Positions 47,087 through 56,195 of a DNA stretch of 64,000 nucleotides are shown here, piece by piece. The first letter of the stretch is position 1, and the number at the start of each line of letters is the position of its first letter. The position numbers and the translations under genes are program-made. The notes below the pieces were generated by a model that was given only the letters and a program-made list of their open reading frames with translations, searched no databases and was not told where the DNA came from. This DNA is from Tepidisphaeraceae bacterium (GTDB taxonomy: Bacteria > Planctomycetota > Phycisphaerae > Tepidisphaerales > Tepidisphaeraceae). The stretch covers positions 4,672-68,671 of the forward strand of contig JBEKPV010000004.1 in NCBI GenBank assembly GCA_049520395.1, written 5' to 3'.

Positions 47087-47112
47087 TCCCATCCTCCCCC
47101 CAATCAAACCCT

Positions 47113-47838
47113 CTATTCCATCAGCAACCGCGGATTCAGCACCGTGAGCTTTTCCATCATTTTTTCCCCCCCGATTTCTCCCGCCTTTTTCAATCCGCGC
47201 GAGCGATACCCCATCCCCGCCGGCTTGTGCGTATCGGAGCCGATCAAAAAATATTTATCTTCCGTCAGCCACCGCGACGCGGCTTCGTAAAGAGGCTTGT
47301 CCACGCGCTCGCTGAGGCAATAGCTGTTGAGTTGAAGCAGGGCGCCCAGTTCGCGGACGCGTTCGATTGCGCCCGGCTCGCGCATGGCGGCGATCCGCTC
47401 AGGATGCCCCATGATCGGCTTCAGTCCCCTGGAAACCAGATTTCCAATCGCCGCTTCCAAATCCTCCCGGCATTCCGCCCAGGTGTCGGCCCAGAAATCG
47501 AAGAGCAGATATTTGCCCGCCATCCCGTAGGTGACGATTTGCTCGTCCTGCAATTCCGCGATCTGCGGCCAGGCCTCCAGGAGATTGATCTCGCCGCCCG
47601 GCATGAGCTTGAGCGCGATATTTTCTGAATCCAGATGAGCTTGCAGATTCGCCACCGCCGCGGCAATCGACAGCGGATTATTCGAAAGGGACCGCCAGAC
47701 ATGCGGCGTGCAAAAGGCGTGGGTGTACCCTTCCGCCACCAACGCTTTGGCGCATGCCAGCGATTCGGCTGCGTCCGCGCACCCGTCATCCAGGCCCGGC
47801 AGCAAATGCGAATGAACGTCGATCCGGCCCGTTTCCAT
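47113..47838 (-). CDS. PHP-family phosphoesterase, CpsB/YwqE-like protein-tyrosine phosphatase
   Basis: N-terminus IDVHSHLLPGLDDG, then HPERI and GSDTH. Confidence 0.75.
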   Translation of the reverse strand: METGRIDVHSHLLPGLDDGCADAAESLACAKALVAEGYTHAFCTPHVWRSLSNNPLSIAAAVANLQAHLDSENIALKLMPGGEINLLEAWPQIAELQDEQIVTYGMAGKYLLFDFWADTWAECREDLEAAIGNLVSRGLKPIMGHPERIAAMREPGAIERVRELGALLQLNSYCLSERVDKPLYEAASRWLTEDKYFLIGSDTHKPAGMGYRSRGLKKAGEIGGEKMMEKLTVLNPRLLME

Positions 47839-47842
47839 CCCC

Positions 47843-49018
47843 TTATCTTAATCGGGATTCGCTGTTCCCGATGCCCCGCAGCGCCAGATTCAGCGCATCC
47901 ACGTTGCTCGCCAGTCGCTTGGCCTCGGTGACATCGATGATCTGCTTCTGAAACAACTCCGTCAAATGCTGATCGAAGCTCATGCTGCCCGATTCGCGGT
48001 TGCCGACGAGGCCTTTTAGCTTATCGAATTCACCGTCCAGTATATATTTCCGCACCAGCGGCGTATTGAGCATGATCTCCACCGCCGGCACGCGTCCCTT
48101 GCCCTCGCGCCGTTTGGCCAATCGCTGGCAAACCACGCCGACCAGGTTCAACCCCAACTGCGTCTGCTGCAATTCCTTCTGGTCGGGTTCAAAAAACGAA
48201 ACCAGGCGCTCGATGGTCATGGGCGCGTTGGCCGCGTGCACGGTGCTGAAGACCAGGTGCCCCGTATCCGCCGCCCTCAGCGCCACCGAAAGCGAAAACG
48301 TGTCGCGAATTTCGCCGATGAGGATCGTATCCGGATCCTGCCGCAGCATTTCGCGCAGGGCGTATTCGTAGCTCTCGCTGTCCGTCCCGACTTCGACCTG
48401 GCTGACCAGGCTCTTGATGTTTTCGTGTTGATATTCGATCGGGTCTTCGATGGTGATGATCCGCTCGCTGCGCGTGCGGTTGATCTTGCCGATCATGGCC
48501 GCCAGGGTCGTCGATTTGCCCATGCCGGTGGTACCCGAAACCACCACCAGTCCCCGATTGTTGTCGGCCAGCTCTTCCACGCCCGGCGGCAGATTCAATT
48601 CGTCAAACTGCGGAATTCGCGTCACGATCCGCCGCATCACGATCGCGTATTTCTCGCGGCTGCGGAAAATATTGGTCCGAAATCGCGCCACTCCCGGAAA
48701 GGTGTGCGCCACGTCCACCGCCCCGCGATGCACCAGGATATCCCGTTTCTTATCCGCATCGGAATGCCCCGCCAGAATCTGCGTGACGAAATCCGCCGCC
48801 ATCTCATCGGACAGCGGCGCCGTATCCAAAAACCGCGCCCGCCCGTCCACCCGAATCATCGGCACGCTCCCAGCCTGCAAATGCACGTCCGATCCATTCA
48901 GCTTGACGCAGGTCCGGAGGAAATCATGCAGCGTTAGCTTCCGCTCCTCGACATGAATTTGAGGCGGCGGCGCCCCCTCCGGCCCCGATCCCGTGGTAGC
49001 GCTAGGTGTTGACGACAT
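47843..49018 (-). CDS. pilT: Type IV pilus retraction ATPase (PilT family)
   Basis: SDVHLQAGSVPMIRVDG, Walker A SGTTGMGKSTTLAAMI, ITIEDPIEY, ILIGEIRD and HLVFSTVHA. ATG 49018 is preceded by GAGGAAAAG and preferred over the track start at 49135. Confidence 0.8.
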   Translation of the reverse strand: MSSTPSATTGSGPEGAPPPQIHVEERKLTLHDFLRTCVKLNGSDVHLQAGSVPMIRVDGRARFLDTAPLSDEMAADFVTQILAGHSDADKKRDILVHRGAVDVAHTFPGVARFRTNIFRSREKYAIVMRRIVTRIPQFDELNLPPGVEELADNNRGLVVVSGTTGMGKSTTLAAMIGKINRTRSERIITIEDPIEYQHENIKSLVSQVEVGTDSESYEYALREMLRQDPDTILIGEIRDTFSLSVALRAADTGHLVFSTVHAANAPMTIERLVSFFEPDQKELQQTQLGLNLVGVVCQRLAKRREGKGRVPAVEIMLNTPLVRKYILDGEFDKLKGLVGNRESGSMSFDQHLTELFQKQIIDVTEAKRLASNVDALNLALRGIGNSESRLR

Positions 49019-49089
49019 CGATCTTTTCCTCGATTTCGAATCCGCGCCCCCATTATCCAATTGCCATCGCCGTTCTACAACATAAACTA

Positions 49090-49899
49090 ATGCTAATGAA
49101 GCCGTCCACGCTGATTCTTCGCACCGCAGGGACAAATTGCGAAATGGAGAGCGCTTACGCCTTTGAATTGGCCGGCGCCGAAACGCAATTCTTGCACGTT
49201 AATCGACTCTTAGAAAACCCCGCCCTTCTTGAGGATTTCCAAATCCTCGTCTTCCCGGGCGGATTCAGCTACGGCGACGATATCGCCGCCGGAAAGATAT
49301 TGGCCAATCAGATCTCCCATCATCTTTCCGATGACCTGCGCCGATTTGTCGAATCCGGCAAGCCAATCATCGGAATCTGCAACGGCTTTCAGGTTCTGGT
49401 AAAAACCGATCTTCTCCCCGGCCCCCTGGCGGGCCGAACCGGGCAAACCGCCACGCTCACCAATAACGATTGCGGCCGTTTCGTCGATCGCTGGATTCGC
49501 CTCGCGCCCCGCGGAAACAAATGCATCTGGACCGCCGGCATCGGCTCAATCGAACTCCCCATCGCCCATGGCGAAGGCAAATTCCTCCCCGCCAATGAAT
49601 CCGTCCGCAAGGCGCTTTGGGAGAACGATCAGGTTGCGCTGGTTTATGCGAAGCCCGACAATTCCTCCGCCGGCGGGCAATTTCCCGAAAATCCCAACGG
49701 CTCGATCGACGATATCGCCGGCGTCTGCGACTCCACCGGCCTGGTCTTCGGACTCATGCCGCATCCTGAACGTCATGTCGATGCCACCCAGCATTTTGCC
49801 TGGACCGCCATCGCACGAAAGGACCGCCCTCCCGAAGGGGACGGGCTGCAGATTTTCAGGAACGCGGTTAAGCATGTGGCTGACGCCGTGGGGGTTTGA
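49090..49899 (+). CDS. purQ: Phosphoribosylformylglycinamidine synthase, glutaminase subunit
   Basis: VFPGGFSYGDD, GICNGFQ, HGEG and MPHPER. The start is ATG 49090 or 49096. It is divergent from pilT. Confidence 0.9.
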   Translation: MLMKPSTLILRTAGTNCEMESAYAFELAGAETQFLHVNRLLENPALLEDFQILVFPGGFSYGDDIAAGKILANQISHHLSDDLRRFVESGKPIIGICNGFQVLVKTDLLPGPLAGRTGQTATLTNNDCGRFVDRWIRLAPRGNKCIWTAGIGSIELPIAHGEGKFLPANESVRKALWENDQVALVYAKPDNSSAGGQFPENPNGSIDDIAGVCDSTGLVFGLMPHPERHVDATQHFAWTAIARKDRPPEGDGLQIFRNAVKHVADAVGV

Positions 49900-49900
49900 G

Positions 49901-49990
49901 GAAATGCGGAATGATGAATGCGGAATGATGAATTAAAAGCCCGGCGGGTGCATTTGATTTTTATTCATCGTTTTGTATTCATCCATCATC
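49901..49990 (+). repeat. Heptamer-based repeat and partial hairpin (GGAATGA / TGAATGC units), related to the element at 41988..42089
   Basis: gaaatgc ggaatga tgaatgc ggaatga tgaatt at 49901..49934. Downstream, attcatc occurs twice (49963..49969 and 49977..49983), complementary to gatgaat. The element lies directly after the purQ stop. Confidence 0.55.
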
Positions 49991-50015
49991 TTTTTCGCAC
50001 GACGGAGATGACGCC

Positions 50016-51050
50016 ATGAAATACGCATCGATTTTCCTCTTAACCCTGCTGGCCAACATCGCTGCGGCCGCGACGCCTCCCGATCAATTAACTCTCTCCG
50101 ATCTGGTCAATCACCCCGACCGCTGGCCGGCGACGGTGACTCTCCCGAGCGACATCACGTTTTCAAATGGCATGGTGGTTCACCAGGGCCAGCAAGTAGG
50201 CGTCGCCGCGTTCGACGGCACAAATTGTATTCTGGTTGCTCAGGGCAACTTTCGTTTTAGAGCCTCCGCCGCCGACGTCGGGCTTCTGGACGCCGCGAAT
50301 CAGGCGTGGGCCGCTCTCACGCCGGCGCAGCGCGCGATCGATCCCGATTCGCTCGCCGCCGACATGACTCTCTGGCCGGTGCAGGTTAAGACCAACACCA
50401 CCATCACTTGCTCATTCGGAAGCCTGCCGCCGGGAACCTCCATGAGCGTGGTCACCATCACCAACAAGGGCACCGATCTGGCGTGGCCAAATTCCCCCAA
50501 TCGCCTGAACCTCGGTTTCAATTTCACCGACGCGATCGCCCAGGCCCGGCAACTGGCGCTGCTCGATCCGGACAAACGCCCCTCGCGCATCGCCGCGGCT
50601 CTGCAGGGAATCATGGTCGATTCCGACGGTAACCCCTATAAAGACGATCATCTCCAGGACAAGAAAATGTTCGCCCTCTATTTCGGCGCCAACTGGTGCG
50701 CCCCGTGCCATTCGTTCTCCCCAGGCTATGTCTCCTTCATGACCGACGCCCTGGCCCAGCATCCGGAACTGGCGGCCGTCTTCATGAACGAGGACCCACA
50801 ACTCGATCAAATGCTCGGCTATATGAAAGATGAAAAAATGCCGTTCCCCGGCGTGCCACAGTCAAGCTGGCAGCAAAACAATGTTGTAGCGCAATACGCC
50901 GGCAAAATAATTCCGGATTTGGTGATCATCGATCGATTCGGCAAAATTCTCGTCTCGCGCGAAGACCCCAATGGCCAAATGAGCGGCGCCGATGATGCGC
51001 TGGCCGCTTTCAAGACATTCTTAGCCGCTCAGCCCGCGACGCAGCAGTAA
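50016..51050 (+). CDS. Secreted thioredoxin-fold (nucleoredoxin-like) protein with an N-terminal domain of unknown function
   Basis: Signal peptide MKYASIFLLTLLANIAAA. The C-terminal domain has FALYFGANWCAPCHSFSP (CxxC). Confidence 0.65.
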   Translation: MKYASIFLLTLLANIAAAATPPDQLTLSDLVNHPDRWPATVTLPSDITFSNGMVVHQGQQVGVAAFDGTNCILVAQGNFRFRASAADVGLLDAANQAWAALTPAQRAIDPDSLAADMTLWPVQVKTNTTITCSFGSLPPGTSMSVVTITNKGTDLAWPNSPNRLNLGFNFTDAIAQARQLALLDPDKRPSRIAAALQGIMVDSDGNPYKDDHLQDKKMFALYFGANWCAPCHSFSPGYVSFMTDALAQHPELAAVFMNEDPQLDQMLGYMKDEKMPFPGVPQSSWQQNNVVAQYAGKIIPDLVIIDRFGKILVSREDPNGQMSGADDALAAFKTFLAAQPATQQ

Positions 51051-51586
51051 TCGAACAGCGTCTTCCATTCCAGCCGTTGCAGCGCCACCGCGGTTGCGAA
51101 AATCGGATTGCGACGTTCGTCGTGGATTTCCTCCACAAGATCAACGAATGCGCCGGGGTTCCAGCCATTTCCCGTGATGCGCAGCAGTCGCTTGTCTGCC
51201 GGCAGCGGATTGACCAGCGCCGCCGCCTGTTGTCCCAAAATCGCCAGCGCCGGATGCCCCGCCCCCCGCGCGTACCAATATTTACTGTTGGAAAAATCCC
51301 CTTCCCGCCGGTGCATGATGGCGTGCCAGAAACTGCCGGTCGGATTTCCAAGCGATTGGCTGATCCGATGCGATTCTTCAAGCCCATCCAGCCAGAGCCA
51401 GAGCCCGGCCAGCACCGCGGAAGCCCTCTCAGCGCTCGCCCCCCGTGCGCTGAGCAATCGACCGGCCTGAACTTTCCCCAGCAGCGTGCGCGCCATTTCC
51501 GGCGTCGCACCCTCCACCACCAGCGCCCCATAGGCGTTGGGATTCGCATCGATAATCTTCGTCGCCAGCGGTTGCACATCGTCCAT
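51029..51586 (-). CDS. Hypothetical protein (185 aa)
   Basis: Clean ORF with normal composition and a distinctive FWHAIMHRREGDFSNSKYWY segment. I could not name a family. Confidence 0.45.
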   Translation of the reverse strand: MDDVQPLATKIIDANPNAYGALVVEGATPEMARTLLGKVQAGRLLSARGASAERASAVLAGLWLWLDGLEESHRISQSLGNPTGSFWHAIMHRREGDFSNSKYWYARGAGHPALAILGQQAAALVNPLPADKRLLRITGNGWNPGAFVDLVEEIHDERRNPIFATAVALQRLEWKTLFDYCCVAG

Positions 51587-51955
51587 GGAGAAATCCTAAT
51601 CCGATGACACGGCTTCGTCGCCCACAAAGGTCAAAGGATGGCAGAGTAGTTAAGCGGCATCCATTTGATCGTGTTATCCACGCGAACTCATTGAAATGAC
51701 ACCCAGCCCGCTTTCTAGGCAAAAATGGACTGCCAGGGGGACCCTTGCGTATTTTCCTAACAACCTAAATGTCGCCGCCGCAAAATTTTCCGGAATTTCC
51801 GCCGAGCACGGGATTTGCAGAGGAAAATTAGCCGCTGTGGCTGCGGTGTCAATTTGGTTGACCACTGCCCATTTGCCCGGCCTACGGACCGCCCGCGCAT
51901 TACGGTACGCTACCGTCATTCGCCCTCTCGATTAGAAACGGAGAACTAAACTCTC

Positions 51956-52981
51956 ATGGCAAAGTTCAAATTGGAATATATCTGGCTCGATGGCTACACC
52001 CCCGTGCCAAACATCCGTGGCAAAACCCTTGTCAGGGACTTCGAAGGCTTCCCGGAACTGGAACAACTCCCCAACTGGGCCTTCGACGGCAGTTCGACCA
52101 ATCAGGCCGAAGGGCATAGCTCCGATATGGTGCTCAAGCCGGTCGCCAGGTATTTCGACGCCACCGTCAAGAATGGCGCGATCGTTCTGTGCGAAGTTCT
52201 CCATACCGACCTAACCCCCCATTCCACCAATGCAAGAGCGACGATTCTGGATGATCCGGAAACCTGGTTCGGTTTCGAACAGGAATATTTCCTTTACAAG
52301 AACGGCCAGCCGCTCGGATTCCCCGAAGAAGGCTTCCCCAAGGAAGGCCAAGGCCGCTACTACTGCGGCGTCGGCTATTCGCTGATGGGCAACATCGCCC
52401 GCGAAATCGTCAACAAGCATCTCGATCTCTGCCTCGAGGCAGGCATCAATCATGAAGGGATCAATTCCGAAGTGGCCAAGGGCCAGTGGGAATTCCAGAT
52501 CTTCGGCAAAGGCTCCAAAAAGGCCGCCGACGAAATGTGGGCCGCCCGCTACATCCTCGCCCGCCTCTGCGAAAAATACGAGGTGGACGTGAACTGGCAC
52601 TGCAAACCCCTCGGCAAAACCGACTGGAACGGCTCGGGAATGCACTCCAACTTCTCCACCAAATACATGCGCGAAGTCGGCGGCAAAGCCTATTTCGAGG
52701 CCCTCATGGCCGCATTCGAAAAATACAAAGACGAGCACATCGCCGTCTACGGCCCGGACAATCATCTGCGCCTCACCGGGCTGCACGAGACGCAGGCGAT
52801 CGACAAATTCTCCTACGGCGTCGCCAATCGTGGCGCTTCAATCCGCGTCCCACCGAGCATGCCGAAGAACGATTACCGAGGCTATCTGGAAGATCGGCGT
52901 CCCAATTCCCAGGGCGATCCCTACAAAATCGCCAGCCGAATCCTCCAGACGATCCAAACCGTGCCGCATCCCAAGAGGTAA
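51956..52981 (+). CDS. glnII: Glutamine synthetase, type II (eukaryote-like, 341 aa)
   Basis: [62 protein letters not shown] and RGASIRVP. Confidence 0.85.
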   Translation: MAKFKLEYIWLDGYTPVPNIRGKTLVRDFEGFPELEQLPNWAFDGSSTNQAEGHSSDMVLKPVARYFDATVKNGAIVLCEVLHTDLTPHSTNARATILDDPETWFGFEQEYFLYKNGQPLGFPEEGFPKEGQGRYYCGVGYSLMGNIAREIVNKHLDLCLEAGINHEGINSEVAKGQWEFQIFGKGSKKAADEMWAARYILARLCEKYEVDVNWHCKPLGKTDWNGSGMHSNFSTKYMREVGGKAYFEALMAAFEKYKDEHIAVYGPDNHLRLTGLHETQAIDKFSYGVANRGASIRVPPSMPKNDYRGYLEDRRPNSQGDPYKIASRILQTIQTVPHPKR

Positions 52982-53015
52982 TTCGGGCAGGTTTGTTCAA
53001 TTTGCAAGACTTAGC

Positions 53016-53051
53016 GCGACGCCGCCCCCAAAACGGGCGGCGTTGCTTTTT
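53016..53051 (+). terminator. Rho-independent terminator of glnII
   Basis: A 12-bp stem gcgacgccgccc / gggcggcgttgc (one G.U pair) with loop ccaaaac, followed by TTTTT. Confidence 0.75.
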
Positions 53052-53192
53052 GGGTTGGCGCGATTGCCCGATGCTTCACGGCACCACGACATTCAATGTC
53101 GTCGCGCGCTCCCCGTTACTGCAGGTAAACGATCCCCCCAGCGCCGCCGCCGCGAAAAGCAACAACAAAATCCAATTCAATCGGCGCACGAT

Positions 53193-54401
53193 TTAAATCT
53201 CCAAAAAATTCGCCGCCGACCCGGCCGACTGCGCAGGCTGATTTTCCGGCCGGACCAGAAGCGCGTTCGCCCGCGCCAGCGTAAAAATATCGGCCGATCC
53301 CTTCCACGCCAGCGGCTCAATTTTCCGCCCGTCAAAAATCGCCGGCTGATAAAATTGCCGCGGACCGTTGGCCTCCAGAGTCAGGCTCAACGGCGCCGTC
53401 CGAATCCATTCCCCCGCTTCGCCCCCCGACCATCGTTCGATCAGCCGCCGGATCAGCGTGACCGCGCAGACAAATGCGCTCAGCGGATTCCCCGGCAACC
53501 CGAAAACAAACTTCCCCCCCGGCATCCGCGCAAAAATAAACGGCTTCCCCGGCTTGATCCGCAATTTCGTGATCTTCATCTCCGCCCCCAGTTCCCGCAA
53601 AATCCCCGGCACATAATCACGCTCCCCCACGCTCATCCCCCCGCTGATCAGCAGAATATCGCTCTCCAATCCGCGCTCGATCGATTGTCGGATCAGCTTC
53701 GGATCGTCGCGCACAAATCCCAGATCCGTTGTCCGGCATTGCCAGCGATGGAGCAGAGTCGCCAGCATCGCGTTATTCGCCGCGCGAATCTGCGCCCCCG
53801 CCGGCTTCGTTCCGATCTGCACCAGTTCGTCCCCATTGCCCAGAACCGCCGCCGCCGGCCGGTCGTATGCCAGGACGGTATCCTTCCCCACACTGGCCAG
53901 CACCGCCACCTGTGCCGCCCCAATTCGCGTCCCGGCTCCCAGCGCGATATCCCCCTCCCGGGCTTCACTTCCGCGCCGCGTCACGAATCGCCCCGGCGAA
54001 GCTGCCCGCAATATTCTCACCCGCCCCGTCGCCCGATCGACCTCCGCTTCTTCGATCGGCACCACGGCATCCGCCCCCTCCGGCAGCGGCGCACCGGTCA
54101 TAATCGCCATGATTTCCCCGGCTTTGATTGGAAGCCGCGCCGATTCCCCCGCCGCGACTTTTCCTTGCGGAATCAGGTCCGCCGATTCCCGCGCCAAATC
54201 CGCGCTGCGCACCGCGAACCCGTCCATCAAGCTTTTATCAAACGGCGGCGAATCGCGGTCGCACCGAATCTCCTCCGCCAATCGCAATCCCGCGGCCTCC
54301 CCCACCGCCACGCGGATAATCCGCCGCGGCAAATCCGCCGCGTCCACGATCCGCGTCGCCGCTTCCACGCTCAAAAGTTGTGAAACATCCAGTTCCGTCA
54401 T
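53193..54401 (-). CDS. moeA: Molybdopterin molybdotransferase
   Basis: SLMDGFAVRSADL, ISGGMSVGERDYV, ITKLRIKPGKP and GLPGNPLSA. Confidence 0.85.
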   Translation of the reverse strand: MTELDVSQLLSVEAATRIVDAADLPRRIIRVAVGEAAGLRLAEEIRCDRDSPPFDKSLMDGFAVRSADLARESADLIPQGKVAAGESARLPIKAGEIMAIMTGAPLPEGADAVVPIEEAEVDRATGRVRILRAASPGRFVTRRGSEAREGDIALGAGTRIGAAQVAVLASVGKDTVLAYDRPAAAVLGNGDELVQIGTKPAGAQIRAANNAMLATLLHRWQCRTTDLGFVRDDPKLIRQSIERGLESDILLISGGMSVGERDYVPGILRELGAEMKITKLRIKPGKPFIFARMPGGKFVFGLPGNPLSAFVCAVTLIRRLIERWSGGEAGEWIRTAPLSLTLEANGPRQFYQPAIFDGRKIEPLAWKGSADIFTLARANALLVRPENQPAQSAGSAANFLEI

Positions 54402-54427
54402 ACAAATTCGGGCCGATTGTAATCCAA

Positions 54428-56194
54428 ATGATCCGTTGCAAAAGTCGCATTTTGGCGTGTCTGGCGGCCGCGCTGGTCACCGGCCTCTACGCCGCCGCCG
54501 CCTGGCACAACGCCTTCGTCTACGACGACCACGAAGTCATCGAAAACCAGTTTCCGCTCCATTCCTGGCAAGACCTATCCGAAATCTTCCGCGAACCGCA
54601 TTATCTCAATTTCCCATATTACCGGCCCATCACGCGGAGCACCTTCGCCATCCAGCGCGCGATCTCCGGCAACAATCCCCGCCCCTACCACCTCTTCAAC
54701 GCGCTCTTAGCCGGATTAGCGACGCTCGCCGCCTACGGCCTCCTGCGGCAACGTATCTTCGCCTTAACGCCGCCGGCCGCCCTGCTGGCCGCGCTCTGGT
54801 TTTCCCTGCATCCCGCGATGTCGGAATGCGTCTACCCCGCCGCCAGCGGCCGCGAAACTCTCCTGGCAAACCTCCTCATGCTCCTCTCCACCTGGGCCTA
54901 CCTACACCCCTCCATCCCCTCTCCCCGGTACCCCGGGGAGAGGGCCAGGGTGAGGGGCAGCACACCCAACAGTCCAAGTTCACCCCCCCACCCCACCGAT
55001 GCATGGAAAGGCGCAGCCACCTATTCCCTCGCCATGTTCTTCTTCGCCGCCGCATTACTCGCCAAAGAACAAGCCGCGGTCCTCCCGGCAATTTTTATTC
55101 TCGCCGATCTTCTGCTCCAAAAGCCGCGATCGCATCGTTTACTCAGATATCTCCCCCCATTCATATTGCTAGCCGGCTATTTCCTCCTCCGCCATCTGAT
55201 CTTCCAATCTCCCACACTAAATTGGGACATCCAGAACCATCCCTTCGCCCCGCTCCTAAGTCTCCTCTACGGCCTGCAAACCGCCATCGCTCCCTTTACG
55301 ACTCTACACTACGAACCCCCCCTTCACGTGTGGCTGGATCCTCCCCTGACGACAACCTGTCTAATCGTCCTCACCCTCCTGTGCGTCTGGATCGCCCGCA
55401 GCAAATCTCCCATCCCGCGCATCGCCCTCTTTTGGCTCGGGTGGTTCATTCTCATGCAATTACCCACCGCCCACATTTTCCGCCAGGAGGCGCCCTATTC
55501 CGAGCGTTACGTCGCGCTCGCTCTTCTAGCGGTTGCCGGCTCCGGTGCGATGCTCATCCAAAATCTCAAACGCCCGCTGGCTCGATATTCCGCGGCTGCC
55601 GTAGCCGTCCTCTGGATCGCCGGGCTCGGATTCGTCAGCGTGCTCCGCGCCAGTTCTTATACCGACGACACATCGTTCGCCCTGCAATGGCTCAACACCA
55701 ATCCCGAATCCGCCGGCGCCCACAACGGCCTGGGGCTCGTCGCCCAATCCGAACACAAGCCTTCGGTTGCCATCGATCAGTACACGCAGGCTCTGGAATT
55801 GGATCCCGACTCCAAAACCGCCCACAACAATCTCGCCAATTTATTGGCCGACCGAAACGACTATGCTGCAGCCGCCGTGCATTACCGCTGGCTCCTGACT
55901 CAAAATGCCGAAGACGTTTCCGCCCTGGTGAATTACGCCCACATGCTCGGCCAGCAGGCCTACGCCCAGCACAATCCGGCCCTCCGCGATCAGGCTCATG
56001 CGATTCTGATTGATGCGATCAACCTCCGCCCCAATTACGCCCAGGCCCATTACATTCTGGCCATTTGGAACGAGACTTTCTCGACGCGCGATTCCGCCAT
56101 TGCCGAATTTCAAAAGGCATTAGCCCTCCGCCCCGATCTCCCCGGCGCGCGCGATCGCCTGAACGCTCTGTTGTCGCTCACGTCGCGCCCATAA
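54428..56194 (+). CDS. Polytopic membrane protein with C-terminal TPR repeats (TMTC / PMT-like O-glycosyltransferase architecture)
   Basis: NAFVYDDHEVIENQ near the N-terminus, about ten hydrophobic helices, then TPR units (AHNGLGLV..., AHNNLANLL..., AHYILAIW...). The ATG 54428 start avoids overlap with moeA. Confidence 0.55.
   Translation: MIRCKSRILACLAAALVTGLYAAAAWHNAFVYDDHEVIENQFPLHSWQDLSEIFREPHYLNFPYYRPITRSTFAIQRAISGNNPRPYHLFNALLAGLATLAAYGLLRQRIFALTPPAALLAALWFSLHPAMSECVYPAASGRETLLANLLMLLSTWAYLHPSIPSPRYPGERARVRGSTPNSPSSPPHPTDAWKGAATYSLAMFFFAAALLAKEQAAVLPAIFILADLLLQKPRSHRLLRYLPPFILLAGYFLLRHLIFQSPTLNWDIQNHPFAPLLSLLYGLQTAIAPFTTLHYEPPLHVWLDPPLTTTCLIVLTLLCVWIARSKSPIPRIALFWLGWFILMQLPTAHIFRQEAPYSERYVALALLAVAGSGAMLIQNLKRPLARYSAAAVAVLWIAGLGFVSVLRASSYTDDTSFALQWLNTNPESAGAHNGLGLVAQSEHKPSVAIDQYTQALELDPDSKTAHNNLANLLADRNDYAAAAVHYRWLLTQNAEDVSALVNYAHMLGQQAYAQHNPALRDQAHAILIDAINLRPNYAQAHYILAIWNETFSTRDSAIAEFQKALALRPDLPGARDRLNALLSLTSRP
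54917..54944. repeat. Perfect 12-bp inverted repeat (ccctctccccgg tacc ccggggagaggg) embedded in frame in the CDS
   Basis: Read directly. It is followed by ccagggtgaggggc and translates as ...SPRYPGERARVRG... inside a low-complexity loop of the membrane protein. Confidence 0.6.
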
Positions 56195-56195
56195 C

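Noticed and set aside
51600-51955. A sigma54 (-24/-12) promoter or a glutamine riboswitch upstream of glnII.
   Set aside because: The candidates TGGCAG-N..-TTAAGC and CAGGGGGACCCTTGCG have GG/GC spacing off by two or one nucleotides. No match to the glnA RNA consensus was visible. This cannot be settled without a covariance-model scan.
53016-53051. The glnII terminator considered as a bidirectional terminator that also serves the convergent moeA gene.
   Set aside because: On the minus-strand RNA the stem is not followed by a U tract, and it lies about 140 nt from the moeA stop. It is called for the plus strand only.
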